Assembly: GCA_040767965.1 (NCBI GenBank)
Contig: JAXGNR010000004.1
Span: forward strand, 512,001 to 576,000
Reading direction: 5' to 3'
Length of the DNA: 64,000 nt
From: Atribacterota bacterium
Lineage (GTDB): Bacteria > Atribacterota > Phoenicimicrobiia > Phoenicimicrobiales > Stramentimicrobiaceae
Position numbers and translations under genes: made by a program. Shown here in pieces: positions 45,162 to 54,623 of the stretch. Below the pieces are notes generated by a model. The model ran no database searches, was not told the DNA's origin, and saw only the letters and a program-made list of their open reading frames with translations. Numbering within the stretch: the stretch's first letter is position 1; each line of letters starts with the position of its first letter.

Positions 45162-47801
45162 ATGAAAGTTATTATAGGGCATACCAGTGCTGACTTTGAT
45201 TGCCTTGCCTCAATGATTGCAGCAAAAAAAATATTTACAGAAGCCGCTGTTGTATTTCCTGGCGCTATTGAAGAAAATGTACGCAAATTTATCTCCTTGT
45301 ATGGAAAAGTTTTTAATATAACACAATTAAAAGATATTGATTTTAAAAAAATTACTGAACTGATAATTGTTGATACTAGACAAGCTGACAGAATAGGGGT
45401 TTTTGCAAATATAATTGGGGAAAAAAATATAAAAATATACATATTTGATCATCACCCTCCTTCAGAAAATGATATACAATCTTCAAATTCTATTATTAAG
45501 TTAGTAGGAGCGACAACCACTATCTTACTTAATAAGATAATTAAAAAAAACATCAGAATCACTCCAATAGAGGCAACCTTGTTTGCATTAGGAATATATG
45601 AGGATACCGGATCGCTTTCGTTTTCTACTACAACTAAAGATGATATCGAAGTCTTAAGTTATTTGTTTTCTGTCGGAGTTAATTTAAGGACAGTAAATAA
45701 ATTTACCAATGTTGGCTTAAATTCTCAACAAAAAAAAATATTAAATGAACTCTTATCAACGGCCAAAGAAGTTTATTTTCAAGGAATTAGAATTGTTTTT
45801 ACTAAAAGCAAAACTGATATTTATGTAGAAGGGCTGGCCCTGGTGACACACAAGTTAATAGAAATTATTAATTGTGATATTATTTTTGTTTTGGTAGATA
45901 TGAAAAATAAAATTTATATTGTTGGAAGAAGTAATCGCCCATCTGTTGATGTGGGTTTAATTTTAAAAGAAATTGGTGGCGGAGGTCATTCACAGGCTGC
46001 ATCTGCTGTAATAAAAAATAAAAACTTGCCAGAAGCAGAAGATGTTATAAAAAAAATACTTAATGAAAAAATAGAACAAGAAACAATTGCAAAAAATATA
46101 ATGACTACTCCAGTTAAGACTATAGAAATAAGCACTACTATTGGTGAGGCTTCAAAAATAATGCTAAGATATGGTCATAATGGATTCCCGGTTGTTAAAA
46201 AGGGTAAACTAGTAGGAATAATTACAAGGCAGGAAATATATAAAGCAAACCACCATCACTATGAAAAAGAAGCTGTAGGCGATTATATGACTGAAAATAT
46301 ATTAAGTGTAAATCCTGAAACACCTGTTTTAGAGATTCAAGAATTAATGATAAAAAATGATATAGGTAGGGTGCTGGTTATAAACAATAGCGGTAAGCTG
46401 GAAGGAATCATTACCAGAACTGATTTAATCAGAAGCTTGTATGGAGATAAGGATTTAAATAAGGAATCTTACTCATTATTTAAAACAAGCTCCGGGAAAT
46501 TTGCAATGGAAAACAGAGAAATAAAATCTCTGATTCATCAATTTTTTCCAAAAGATATTTTAGATGTTTTATATAAAATAGGTGAAACCGGGGATGAATT
46601 AGATTATTCAGTTTTTATGGTAGGGGGAATTGTCAGGGATTTGTTTCTAGGATTTCCAAATTTAGACCTGGACATTGTTGTTGAAGAAAATGCAATTAAA
46701 TTTGCCCGTTTTTTTTGTAAAAAAACAAAAGCAGAGATGAAGAGCCATAAAAAATTCAAGACAGCTGTGGTAATTTTGCCAAATGGTTTAAAAATAGATT
46801 TCGCCTCAGCCAGAAGAGAATTTTATGAGTTTCCAGCAGCGTTGCCAAAAGTAGAATTTGCATCAATAAAAAAAGATTTATATCGAAGAGATTTTACTAT
46901 AAACGCTATGGCAATCCAATTAAATAATAAAAATTTTGGTAGGTTATATGATTTCTTCGGTGGGAAAAGAGATTTAGAGTTAAAAAAAATTAGAATATTA
47001 TATAATTTAAGTTTTATTGAAGACCCAGCAAGGATAATAAGAGCAATCAGATTTGAACAAAGATATGATTTTACACTTGAGAATGCTACCGAAAAATTTT
47101 TAAGAAAGGCAATTCAGGAAGGATTAATTTCCAGGATAAGAAAGAAAAGGATTAGTCTGGAATTTGTAAATATATTTAAGGAGAAAAAACCGATAAAAGT
47201 ATTACTGAGAATGAATGAATTAGGTATTTTGAGTTCAATTATTCCCGGTATTAAAATAACTGAATCACTGGTAAATATTTTCAATAAAATTGATAATAAT
47301 CTTAAAGAGTGGAAAGATATTTTTCCACATATATATATTGATAAAACAATATTATATATTTATTACTTGTTAGAAATGTCAAATTTATCTATGGCTATAT
47401 TTCAAAAAAAAATAGACTATGCTGAAAAAAAAATTAAAGTACTTGAAGAGTTATTTATTAAAAAAGAGCAGATATCCTGTAAATTAAAGAAAAAAGAGTT
47501 AAAACCCAGTAATATTTATTATATTTTAAATGAGAAATCTAATGAATTACTTTTTGCAATATTACTGGAAGAGAGGTCAGATTCTATTGCCTTTGAAAGA
47601 ATAAAAAATTATTTAAACAATTATAAAAATACCAGTATTTATATAAACGGATATGATTTAATTCAGTTAGGAATGAAACCTAGCCCAGTTTATGCTAAAA
47701 TACTAAGGTTAATACTTTATCTTCAGTTAAATGGTGTATTTACTAAAAAAGATGAAGAATTAAAATTCATAAAAAGACTTTTAAAAAAAAGGATTATTTG
47801 A
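45162..47801 (+). CDS. DHH/DHHA1-CBS-tRNA nucleotidyltransferase (class II; A-adding or CCA-adding)
   Basis: HxxADFD, VDT, DHH, EDTG and GGGH (DHH/DHHA1); two CBS domains; VGGIVRD..DLDIV, DLYRRDFTINAMA and EDPARIIRAIRF. Confidence 0.9.
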   Translation: MKVIIGHTSADFDCLASMIAAKKIFTEAAVVFPGAIEENVRKFISLYGKVFNITQLKDIDFKKITELIIVDTRQADRIGVFANIIGEKNIKIYIFDHHPPSENDIQSSNSIIKLVGATTTILLNKIIKKNIRITPIEATLFALGIYEDTGSLSFSTTTKDDIEVLSYLFSVGVNLRTVNKFTNVGLNSQQKKILNELLSTAKEVYFQGIRIVFTKSKTDIYVEGLALVTHKLIEIINCDIIFVLVDMKNKIYIVGRSNRPSVDVGLILKEIGGGGHSQAASAVIKNKNLPEAEDVIKKILNEKIEQETIAKNIMTTPVKTIEISTTIGEASKIMLRYGHNGFPVVKKGKLVGIITRQEIYKANHHHYEKEAVGDYMTENILSVNPETPVLEIQELMIKNDIGRVLVINNSGKLEGIITRTDLIRSLYGDKDLNKESYSLFKTSSGKFAMENREIKSLIHQFFPKDILDVLYKIGETGDELDYSVFMVGGIVRDLFLGFPNLDLDIVVEENAIKFARFFCKKTKAEMKSHKKFKTAVVILPNGLKIDFASARREFYEFPAALPKVEFASIKKDLYRRDFTINAMAIQLNNKNFGRLYDFFGGKRDLELKKIRILYNLSFIEDPARIIRAIRFEQRYDFTLENATEKFLRKAIQEGLISRIRKKRISLEFVNIFKEKKPIKVLLRMNELGILSSIIPGIKITESLVNIFNKIDNNLKEWKDIFPHIYIDKTILYIYYLLEMSNLSMAIFQKKIDYAEKKIKVLEELFIKKEQISCKLKKKELKPSNIYYILNEKSNELLFAILLEERSDSIAFERIKNYLNNYKNTSIYINGYDLIQLGMKPSPVYAKILRLILYLQLNGVFTKKDEELKFIKRLLKKRII

Positions 47802-48457
47802 TTATAATGCTGAACAATATTTTTGAAATACTTTGGAGTATACCGGCAGTTTTAATCGCAATTACAATTCATGAATACTCTCATGGTTTTATAGCTTATT
47901 ATTATGGCGATCCTACTCCTAAAATAGCTGGAAGATTAACGCTAAACCCACTGGCACACCTTGATCCTGTTGGCACTTTAATGTTATTACTCTTCCGAAT
48001 TGGCTGGGCAAAACCAGTACCAATCAATTATAATAACTTGAAAAATCCTAAAAAAGACATGATGAAGGTTTCTTTTGCTGGACCTGCTTCCAATATTTTA
48101 ACAGCTTTTTTATTCGCTGCCTTGATTAGGTTAAATAACATGTTTTTACAGAATATTATATTTAATTATTATAGTATGCTCCCCAATTTAGTATTAACAT
48201 TTTTAAGAGGATGGGTGATATTTTTACAAACTGGTGTACTTATAAACCTAACATTAGCCTTGTTTAATTTATTGCCAATACCTCCTTTGGATGGACATCA
48301 TATTATTTTAGGTATTCTACCAAGTAGTTGGGCTCAAAAATACCTTAAGATAAACAATACTTATGGGATGTTGATTTTATTGCTTCTTATCTGGACAGGC
48401 TTCATAGGGAAAATTATTTTCCCTATAGTATATTATTTTTTTAGGTATTTTGTATGA
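47798..48457 (+). CDS. Site-2 (M50) membrane metalloprotease
   Basis: HEYSH, GDPT, AGPASN and FNLLPIPPLDG; TM segments. Confidence 0.92.
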   Translation: MIIMLNNIFEILWSIPAVLIAITIHEYSHGFIAYYYGDPTPKIAGRLTLNPLAHLDPVGTLMLLLFRIGWAKPVPINYNNLKNPKKDMMKVSFAGPASNILTAFLFAALIRLNNMFLQNIIFNYYSMLPNLVLTFLRGWVIFLQTGVLINLTLALFNLLPIPPLDGHHIILGILPSSWAQKYLKINNTYGMLILLLLIWTGFIGKIIFPIVYYFFRYFV

Positions 48458-48642
48458 AATAGGATATTTGAGTAGATATTTGAATAATAGATCTATAAAT
48501 CATAACAATATTAAAAAATATTATTTATGTAATAAATAAGATATTAGGAAGAAACTTAAATTAAAAAATTAAAAATATTTGAAATAATACGTAAAGTTCT
48601 TGTAATATTCGAAAAGGACAATAAAGGAGGCAATATTTTTTC

Positions 48643-49632
48643 ATGAAAGGTGTTATATTTAGCGGAATGAGACCAACTGGAAAACTTCATATTGGTAATT
48701 ATTTTGGAGCACTTGCTAATTGGATTAAATTACAAGATGAATATAAGTGCTATTATGGAATAGTGGATTGGCATGCCCTTACAACTGGTTATGCTGAAAC
48801 AGCTGACTTAAAGGAAAATATTACTGAAATGGTAATAGACTGGTTAAGCGCAGGAATTGACCCCAAGAAAAGTACATTATTAATTCAATCCTTAGTTCCG
48901 GAGCATGCCGAATTGCATTTATTATTATCTATGATTACTCCATTGGCATGGTTAGAAAGAAACCCAGTATTGAAAGAACAGGTCAGAGATCTTGATTTGA
49001 AGGAAAATATGGGATATGGTTTGCTGGGATATCCTGTTCTGATGGCTGCGGACATATTAATATACAATTCAGATACAGTTCCTGTAGGAGAAGACCAAAT
49101 ACCTCATATCGAGCTGGCTAGAGAAATAAGCAGAAGATTTAACAGTATGTATAAAAAAGTATTAAAAGTTCCCAAAGTAAAACTGTCCCATACACCAAGG
49201 ATACCTGGTATTGATGGCAAAAAAATGAGTAAAAGTTTACGAAATGATATTGCTTTATCCGATAAACCAGAAGATATAAAAGCAAAAATATTAGCAATGA
49301 TTACAGATCCTCAAAAAATAAGGCTAACTGATCCCGGACATCCGGAAGTGTGCAATGTTTTTAATTATCATAATATATTTAATGATCAGGAGGTTAATTC
49401 AATAGAAAGTGATTGCCGTCAAGCCAAATTAGGTTGTGTCGCATGCAAAAAAAATTTATCAGAAGTCTTGGTAAAATCATTCGAACCATTCAGAGAAAAG
49501 AGAGCTTATTTTGAAAACAACCAGCAGGAAGTCTGGGATATACTAATAAATGGCAGTGAAGAAGCTAGAAAAGTTGCTAGAAATACCTTAGAAAAAGTAA
49601 AAAGGGCAATGAACATTGAGTATTCACAGTGA
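48643..49632 (+). CDS. trpS: Tryptophanyl-tRNA synthetase
   Basis: SGMRPTG, HIGN, YPVLMAADIL, VGEDQ and KMSKS. Confidence 0.98.
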   Translation: MKGVIFSGMRPTGKLHIGNYFGALANWIKLQDEYKCYYGIVDWHALTTGYAETADLKENITEMVIDWLSAGIDPKKSTLLIQSLVPEHAELHLLLSMITPLAWLERNPVLKEQVRDLDLKENMGYGLLGYPVLMAADILIYNSDTVPVGEDQIPHIELAREISRRFNSMYKKVLKVPKVKLSHTPRIPGIDGKKMSKSLRNDIALSDKPEDIKAKILAMITDPQKIRLTDPGHPEVCNVFNYHNIFNDQEVNSIESDCRQAKLGCVACKKNLSEVLVKSFEPFREKRAYFENNQQEVWDILINGSEEARKVARNTLEKVKRAMNIEYSQ

Positions 49633-50374
49633 AGAAATATTTAGCAGTACAAAGATTGAACAATATACCGTTTCTGCACAGCAATTATTTTTAAAAGCAA
49701 AGAACTATGAATTAGATTTAGGTGAAATCCCCCTATTAAAAATAATTGAAAATTACCTGGCAGCAATGATTGATATTAAACCTGAATATATTAAACTTGA
49801 TATTGTTGCCGAGTTTTTAATTACTGTTGCAAATTTAATCTTGTTTAAAACAATCTATCTATTACCGAATTCACAAGAGCAGGATGATAGTATTGACGAA
49901 GAGGAAGAGAATATTCTAAAAGAAGAATATTGGAAAGAATATAAGAAGTATCAGTCATTAATAAAGATATTCGAAGAGAAAGAAACAAAACAAAGCAATG
50001 TATATCATACCTTTATTGAGTACGAATTAGAGGAAACAGAAAATTATCAAGAAAACCATTTTTCTGATCTCATAATAGCCTTAGAATCAGTGTTATCCAG
50101 AAAGAAAAAAGAGAATATTATTGGAATAAAAAAAAGAGAATACAATATAACACAAAAAATAAAAGAAATTGAAGATTTGTTTAAAAAAAATAATAGTCAA
50201 ATATCATTTCAAAAAATAATCAATCCCGAAAGCACCAGGATTGAAATAATAATAACTTTTTTAGCTTTGCTGGAACTGATATGCCGTGGAAAAATAGATT
50301 ATTTTCAATCTGAGAATTTTGGGGATATTATTTTTTATAGAAAGGATGATAAAAAATTAGCGAACAAAATATAG
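49616..50374 (+). CDS. scpA: Segregation/condensation kleisin ScpA (divergent N-terminus)
   Basis: AEFL..VA.LI.FK...LLP, YKKY and C-terminal IITFLALLELI..Q..NFGDI; trpS-scpA-scpB synteny. Confidence 0.85.
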   Translation: MSIHSEEIFSSTKIEQYTVSAQQLFLKAKNYELDLGEIPLLKIIENYLAAMIDIKPEYIKLDIVAEFLITVANLILFKTIYLLPNSQEQDDSIDEEEENILKEEYWKEYKKYQSLIKIFEEKETKQSNVYHTFIEYELEETENYQENHFSDLIIALESVLSRKKKENIIGIKKREYNITQKIKEIEDLFKKNNSQISFQKIINPESTRIEIIITFLALLELICRGKIDYFQSENFGDIIFYRKDDKKLANKI

Positions 50375-50937
50375 TTGGAGATGAGCTTAAAAAAATTATA
50401 GAAGTTCTATTATTTACTTCAAGCAAGCCATTAATGTTAAAAAAGATAAAGGAAATAACTGGATGTGATGCATTAAACATCAACAAAGGTATTAAAGCAA
50501 TAAAAGATGAATATCAGGAAAGCAATAGTCCTTTTTTTATTCAGGAGATAGCAAAGGGATATGTTTTTGCAGTTAAACCAGAATATTCTAAATGGATTAA
50601 AAAACTTTATAGTGATGAAAAAAGATATTTTCTATCAAAAGCATCTATTGAGACTTTAGCTATTATTGCATATAACCAGCCCGTTACCCGAACTAGAATT
50701 GAAAATATCAGAGGAGTTAACTGTAGTGGTATTTTATTGAATTTATTAAAAAATGATTTTATAAGAGTAAGCGGTAAAGATAAATCTCCTGGTAATCCTT
50801 TACTTTATAAAGTAACAGAAAAATTTTTATTCCATTTTGGATTAAAAAATATTTCTGATTTACCTCCCATCAGAGAATTGGAATTGGAAAATGAAGAAAA
50901 TGAGATTACAGAAATATTTAGCAATAAAAGGGATTGA
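50356..50937 (+). CDS. scpB: Segregation/condensation protein ScpB (start extended to ATT 50356)
   Basis: In-frame LKKIIEVLLF upstream of the tracked ATG; LSKASIETLAIIAYNQPVTR, IRGVN and FLFHFGL..DLP. Confidence 0.9.
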   Translation: MSEQNIVGDELKKIIEVLLFTSSKPLMLKKIKEITGCDALNINKGIKAIKDEYQESNSPFFIQEIAKGYVFAVKPEYSKWIKKLYSDEKRYFLSKASIETLAIIAYNQPVTRTRIENIRGVNCSGILLNLLKNDFIRVSGKDKSPGNPLLYKVTEKFLFHFGLKNISDLPPIRELELENEENEITEIFSNKRD

Positions 50938-51607
50938 TTCTCGCAGAAAATGTGAGAAATTGATAGTAGAAGGAAAAGTAACTGTTAATGACAAAATTGA
51001 GACAAAATTGGGTATTTCCATAGACCCGGCAAAAGATATCGTTAAATTAAATAATCAGATATTAAGGGCTGATGTAAGAAAAAAATATATTATATTAAAT
51101 AAACCAAAAGGTTATTTATGCACAACAAAAGATTCTTTTGGAAGAAAAATAATTTATGAATTACTCCCTGATGTTAAAGAAAAAGTATATTATGCAGGGA
51201 GATTGGATTATTATTCTGAAGGTCTGGTATTATTGACAAATGATGGAGAGTTAATAAACAAATTAACTCATCCCAAAAATAAGATAGAAAAAACATACCT
51301 GGTAAAGATAAATAAAAAAATTACCAGTGAACACCTGGCTGAGTTTGAAAAAGGCATTCCGTTAACTGATTTATTTACTACTAGCCGGTGTAAAATAGAA
51401 ACCATAGATAAGAATTCGAACCTGTTAAAAATTATTATTAAAGAAGGCAAAAAAAGACAGATAAGAAGGATGTTTTCTTATTTAAATTATAAAGTGCTAA
51501 ATTTAAAGAGAATAAAAATCGGAAACCTGTATTTAGGTAATTTAAAAACAGGCCATTATCGTGTTTTAAAAAAGGAAGAAATAGTAAATTTGAAAAAATT
51601 CTTATAA
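50891..51607 (+). CDS. rluB: 23S rRNA pseudouridine synthase (RluB/RsuA family)
   Basis: S4 domain RLQKYLA..SRRK, LNKPKG, GRLD..SEGL, EGKKRQIRRM and LKRIKIG. Confidence 0.85.
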   Translation: MKKMRLQKYLAIKGIDSRRKCEKLIVEGKVTVNDKIETKLGISIDPAKDIVKLNNQILRADVRKKYIILNKPKGYLCTTKDSFGRKIIYELLPDVKEKVYYAGRLDYYSEGLVLLTNDGELINKLTHPKNKIEKTYLVKINKKITSEHLAEFEKGIPLTDLFTTSRCKIETIDKNSNLLKIIIKEGKKRQIRRMFSYLNYKVLNLKRIKIGNLYLGNLKTGHYRVLKKEEIVNLKKFL

Positions 51608-51619
51608 AGGTGATATAAC

Positions 51620-52324
51620 TTGAAAAAAGGATTGGTCATATCTATTGATGGACCTGCCGGGTCAGGGAAGAGCACTATTGCCAAAAAACTTGCTAAGATG
51701 ATAGGGTATAAATATATAAATACTGGAGAGATCTACAGGTATTTGACTTATTTTGCTTTACAAAAAAATATGGATATAAAAAATGCAAACTTAATGACCG
51801 TATTGTCCAAAAAGTTTGCAGATGACTATTTAAAAGAGAGCCAGAAAGAAAAGCAATGTGAAATATTTTGTAAAAATAATTCTAACCTTTTGAATAAGAT
51901 TCATACCCCAGAGGTTGATAAGAATGTCTCTTTGTTAGCGCAACATGAATTTGTACGATATAATTTAATTCCGATACAAAGGATGTTGAGTGAAAAAGGA
52001 TCTGTGATTATGGAAGGAAGGGATATTGGAACAGTTGTTTTGCCAAATGCTGATATTAAAATATACCTTTCTGCTGATACAAAAACCAGAATATTTAGAA
52101 GATATAAGGAATTACGTAAAAAAGGGTATAATGTTAAATATAAAAATATTAAAAGAGAAATGATGAAACGGGATTACATTGACAGCAAAAGAAAGTATGC
52201 TCCTTTAAAGGTGCCTAAAAATGCATATATTATTGATACATCAAACAAAGATATAGAAGAAATAATACGAATAATTTTTAAAATTGTTTCTTTAAAAGAG
52301 AAAGATATTTATGAAAATAGTTAA
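51620..52324 (+). CDS. cmk: Cytidylate kinase
   Basis: IDGPAGSGKST, MEGRDIGTVVLP and RDYIDSKR..APL. Confidence 0.95.
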   Translation: MKKGLVISIDGPAGSGKSTIAKKLAKMIGYKYINTGEIYRYLTYFALQKNMDIKNANLMTVLSKKFADDYLKESQKEKQCEIFCKNNSNLLNKIHTPEVDKNVSLLAQHEFVRYNLIPIQRMLSEKGSVIMEGRDIGTVVLPNADIKIYLSADTKTRIFRRYKELRKKGYNVKYKNIKREMMKRDYIDSKRKYAPLKVPKNAYIIDTSNKDIEEIIRIIFKIVSLKEKDIYENS

Positions 52325-53165
52325 AGCAAGGTATACAGGATTTTGTTTTGGAGTAAAAAGGGCAGTTGACAAAGCAAATGAAGCTTTAAAAAAATATTCC
52401 GATGAAGATATTTATATGCTTGGAGAAATTATTCATAACCCTCAAATTATTATGAAATATAGAGAAGAGGGTATGAAAATTGTTGAAAATATTTATCAAG
52501 TACCTTCAGACAAAAAATTAATTACCAGGGCACATGGAATGTCAAAACAAGAAAAAGAAGATGCTCAAAAAAGAGATATTAAATTGATTGATACTACCTG
52601 TCCTTATGTTAAAAAAATACACCTTTTAGCGAATGCTTTGGTAAAAGAAAAATACAAGCTTGCTGTTTATGGCAATCCAAACCATCCCGAAATTAAAAGT
52701 CTTTTGAGCTACTTTGCTGATGATGTTCTGGTATTCCAGACTAAAAAAGAAATAAATCCTGATATTTTCTCAAAAAACAAAAGAATTGGTTTAATATCAC
52801 AAACTACTCAGGAATTAAAAAAATATACAGATATTGCTAAAAAAATATTAATGCATGTAGATGAATTAAAAGTTTTTAATACAATTTGCAAAGCAACATC
52901 TTTGAGACAAAATTCGACATTAGAATTAGCAAAAGATGTTGATTTGTTGATTGTAGTTGGTGGAAAAAATAGCGCTAATACCAAAAGACTATTTTGTTTA
53001 AGCAAGGAATCGGGAATAAAGGTTTATCATATTGAAAGCGAAGAAGAGTTAAATAAAAAATGGTTCATAGGCAAAGAAAGAATTGGAATAAGTAGTGGTG
53101 CTTCTACTCCTGATTGCATTACAGAGAAAGTAATCAATAAGATAAAAGATATCTCAAAAAAATAA
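52311..53165 (+). CDS. ispH: 4-hydroxy-3-methylbut-2-enyl diphosphate reductase
   Basis: GFCFGV, IIHN, RAHG, DTTCP, HPE, QTT, NTICKAT, NSANT and GASTP. Confidence 0.96.
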   Translation: MKIVKARYTGFCFGVKRAVDKANEALKKYSDEDIYMLGEIIHNPQIIMKYREEGMKIVENIYQVPSDKKLITRAHGMSKQEKEDAQKRDIKLIDTTCPYVKKIHLLANALVKEKYKLAVYGNPNHPEIKSLLSYFADDVLVFQTKKEINPDIFSKNKRIGLISQTTQELKKYTDIAKKILMHVDELKVFNTICKATSLRQNSTLELAKDVDLLIVVGGKNSANTKRLFCLSKESGIKVYHIESEEELNKKWFIGKERIGISSGASTPDCITEKVINKIKDISKK

Positions 53166-53205
53166 CCAATAAAAATGCTATTTGATAGCAATATTATTGG
53201 TTATT
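53161..53205. terminator. Hairpin between convergent ispH and rpmB
   Basis: AATAACCAATAA..TGCTA / TAGCA..TTATTGGTTATT. Confidence 0.7.
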
Positions 53206-53231
53206 AAAAAATAAATTTATATTTTTATATT

Positions 53232-53420
53232 TTATGCTACTTTTTGAACTTTGCCTGATTTTAAACATTTTGTGCATACATTAACTTTACGGATCGTTTT
53301 ATCAATAACAACCTTTACTTTTTGGATATTAACAGACCATTTACGGTTACTCAACTTGTGAGAATGACTTATTTGTTTGCCAAAAAGAGGTGTCTTACCA
53401 CAAATATCACATTTTGCCAT
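53232..53420 (-). CDS. rpmB: 50S ribosomal protein L28
   Basis: MAKCDICGK..G..ISHSH..NRKW..NIQ..VCTKCLKSG; GGAGG RBS. Confidence 0.96.
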   Translation of the reverse strand: MAKCDICGKTPLFGKQISHSHKLSNRKWSVNIQKVKVVIDKTIRKVNVCTKCLKSGKVQKVA

Positions 53421-53467
53421 AACTACCCTCCTGATAAAATATATAATCTTGAAAAATTACAAAATCT

Positions 53468-53497
53468 ATTTTATCATAAAATTAGGAAAATAATCAA
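53468..53497 (-). promoter_or_regulatory. Probable rpmB promoter
   Basis: Minus strand TTGATT-18nt-TAAAAT with a TGn extension. Confidence 0.5.
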
Positions 53498-53560
53498 GTA
53501 AAACAATAGTATAAAAAAATATATTTATTTTAGTGAAAAATATTTCGAAAAGGAAAGATA

Positions 53561-54109
53561 ATGAAGATAATTGCAGGATTATATAAAGGATTCTCATTAA
53601 AAACATTTTCAGGTAATGATATAAGGCCTACTCCCGGCAAAGTCAGGGAAGCCTTGTTTGATATTCTTGGTTTTAAAGTAGTTGAAGCTGATTTTTTAGA
53701 CGTCTTTGCTGGAACTGGAGCTATTGGCATTGAAGCATTTAGTAGAGGCGCTAAAAGGGTTACTTTTATTGATAATAATAAAAAAGGAATAAAAATAATT
53801 CAGGATAATTTAAAAAAAATAAACAAAGTAGATTCTTATGAAATATTAAATATCGATTTTTTAAAAGCAATAAAAAATATGGATATGCAAAATAACAAAT
53901 TTGATATTATCTTTCTGGATCCTCCCTATAATAAGCAATATGTCGAAAAATCATTGTTAGCTTTTGATAAAACAATACTTCTAAAAAAAGACTCTCTTTT
54001 AATAGTTCAACATGATATTCATGAAAAAGCACAAATTAATTTGCAGAACTTATTTTTTGTAAAAGAAAAAAAATACGGGAAATCTTTATTATCTATCTTT
54101 AAAAGTTAA
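53561..54109 (+). CDS. rsmD: 16S rRNA m2G966 methyltransferase
   Basis: KIIAG, IRPT..KVREALF, FAGTGAIGIEA.SRGA and DPPY. Confidence 0.95.
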   Translation: MKIIAGLYKGFSLKTFSGNDIRPTPGKVREALFDILGFKVVEADFLDVFAGTGAIGIEAFSRGAKRVTFIDNNKKGIKIIQDNLKKINKVDSYEILNIDFLKAIKNMDMQNNKFDIIFLDPPYNKQYVEKSLLAFDKTILLKKDSLLIVQHDIHEKAQINLQNLFFVKEKKYGKSLLSIFKS

Positions 54110-54139
54110 AACTAAATTAGCAATTAAAAAGGAGTTATT

Positions 54140-54622
54140 ATGATAAAAGCAGTTTATCCCGGTAGCTTTGACCCAATAACTAATGGTCATCTTGATATTA
54201 TAAAGAGGGCAAGCAAAATATTTGATAAGGTTATTGTAGTCATTGCTGTAAATTCACGTAAAAAATCTTTTTTTACAACTGAAGAAAAAAAAGACATGAT
54301 AGAAAATGTTGTTAAAGAGGTTGTTGGAGTAGAAATACAATCATTTGACGGATTACTGGTAGATTGTGTTAAAGCTAATAAAGCAAAGGTAATACTAAGA
54401 GGAATGCGGGCAATATCCGATTTTGAATATGAATCCCAGTTTGCCTTGATCAATAAAAAAATGGCCCCTGATATTGAAACTGTTTTCATGGTAACAAGTA
54501 CCAGATATTCATACTTAAATTCAAGCATAGTAAAAGAAATAGCAGCTTTAAATGGTTGTATAAAAGATCTTGTTCCAGAATATGTTGCCCAAAAGTTACA
54601 AAAAAAATTAAATATAAAATAA
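54140..54622 (+). CDS. coaD: Phosphopantetheine adenylyltransferase
   Basis: YPGSFDPITNGHLDII, RGMRAISDFEYE and SSIVKE. Confidence 0.97.
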   Translation: MIKAVYPGSFDPITNGHLDIIKRASKIFDKVIVVIAVNSRKKSFFTTEEKKDMIENVVKEVVGVEIQSFDGLLVDCVKANKAKVILRGMRAISDFEYESQFALINKKMAPDIETVFMVTSTRYSYLNSSIVKEIAALNGCIKDLVPEYVAQKLQKKLNIK

Positions 54623-54623
54623 T

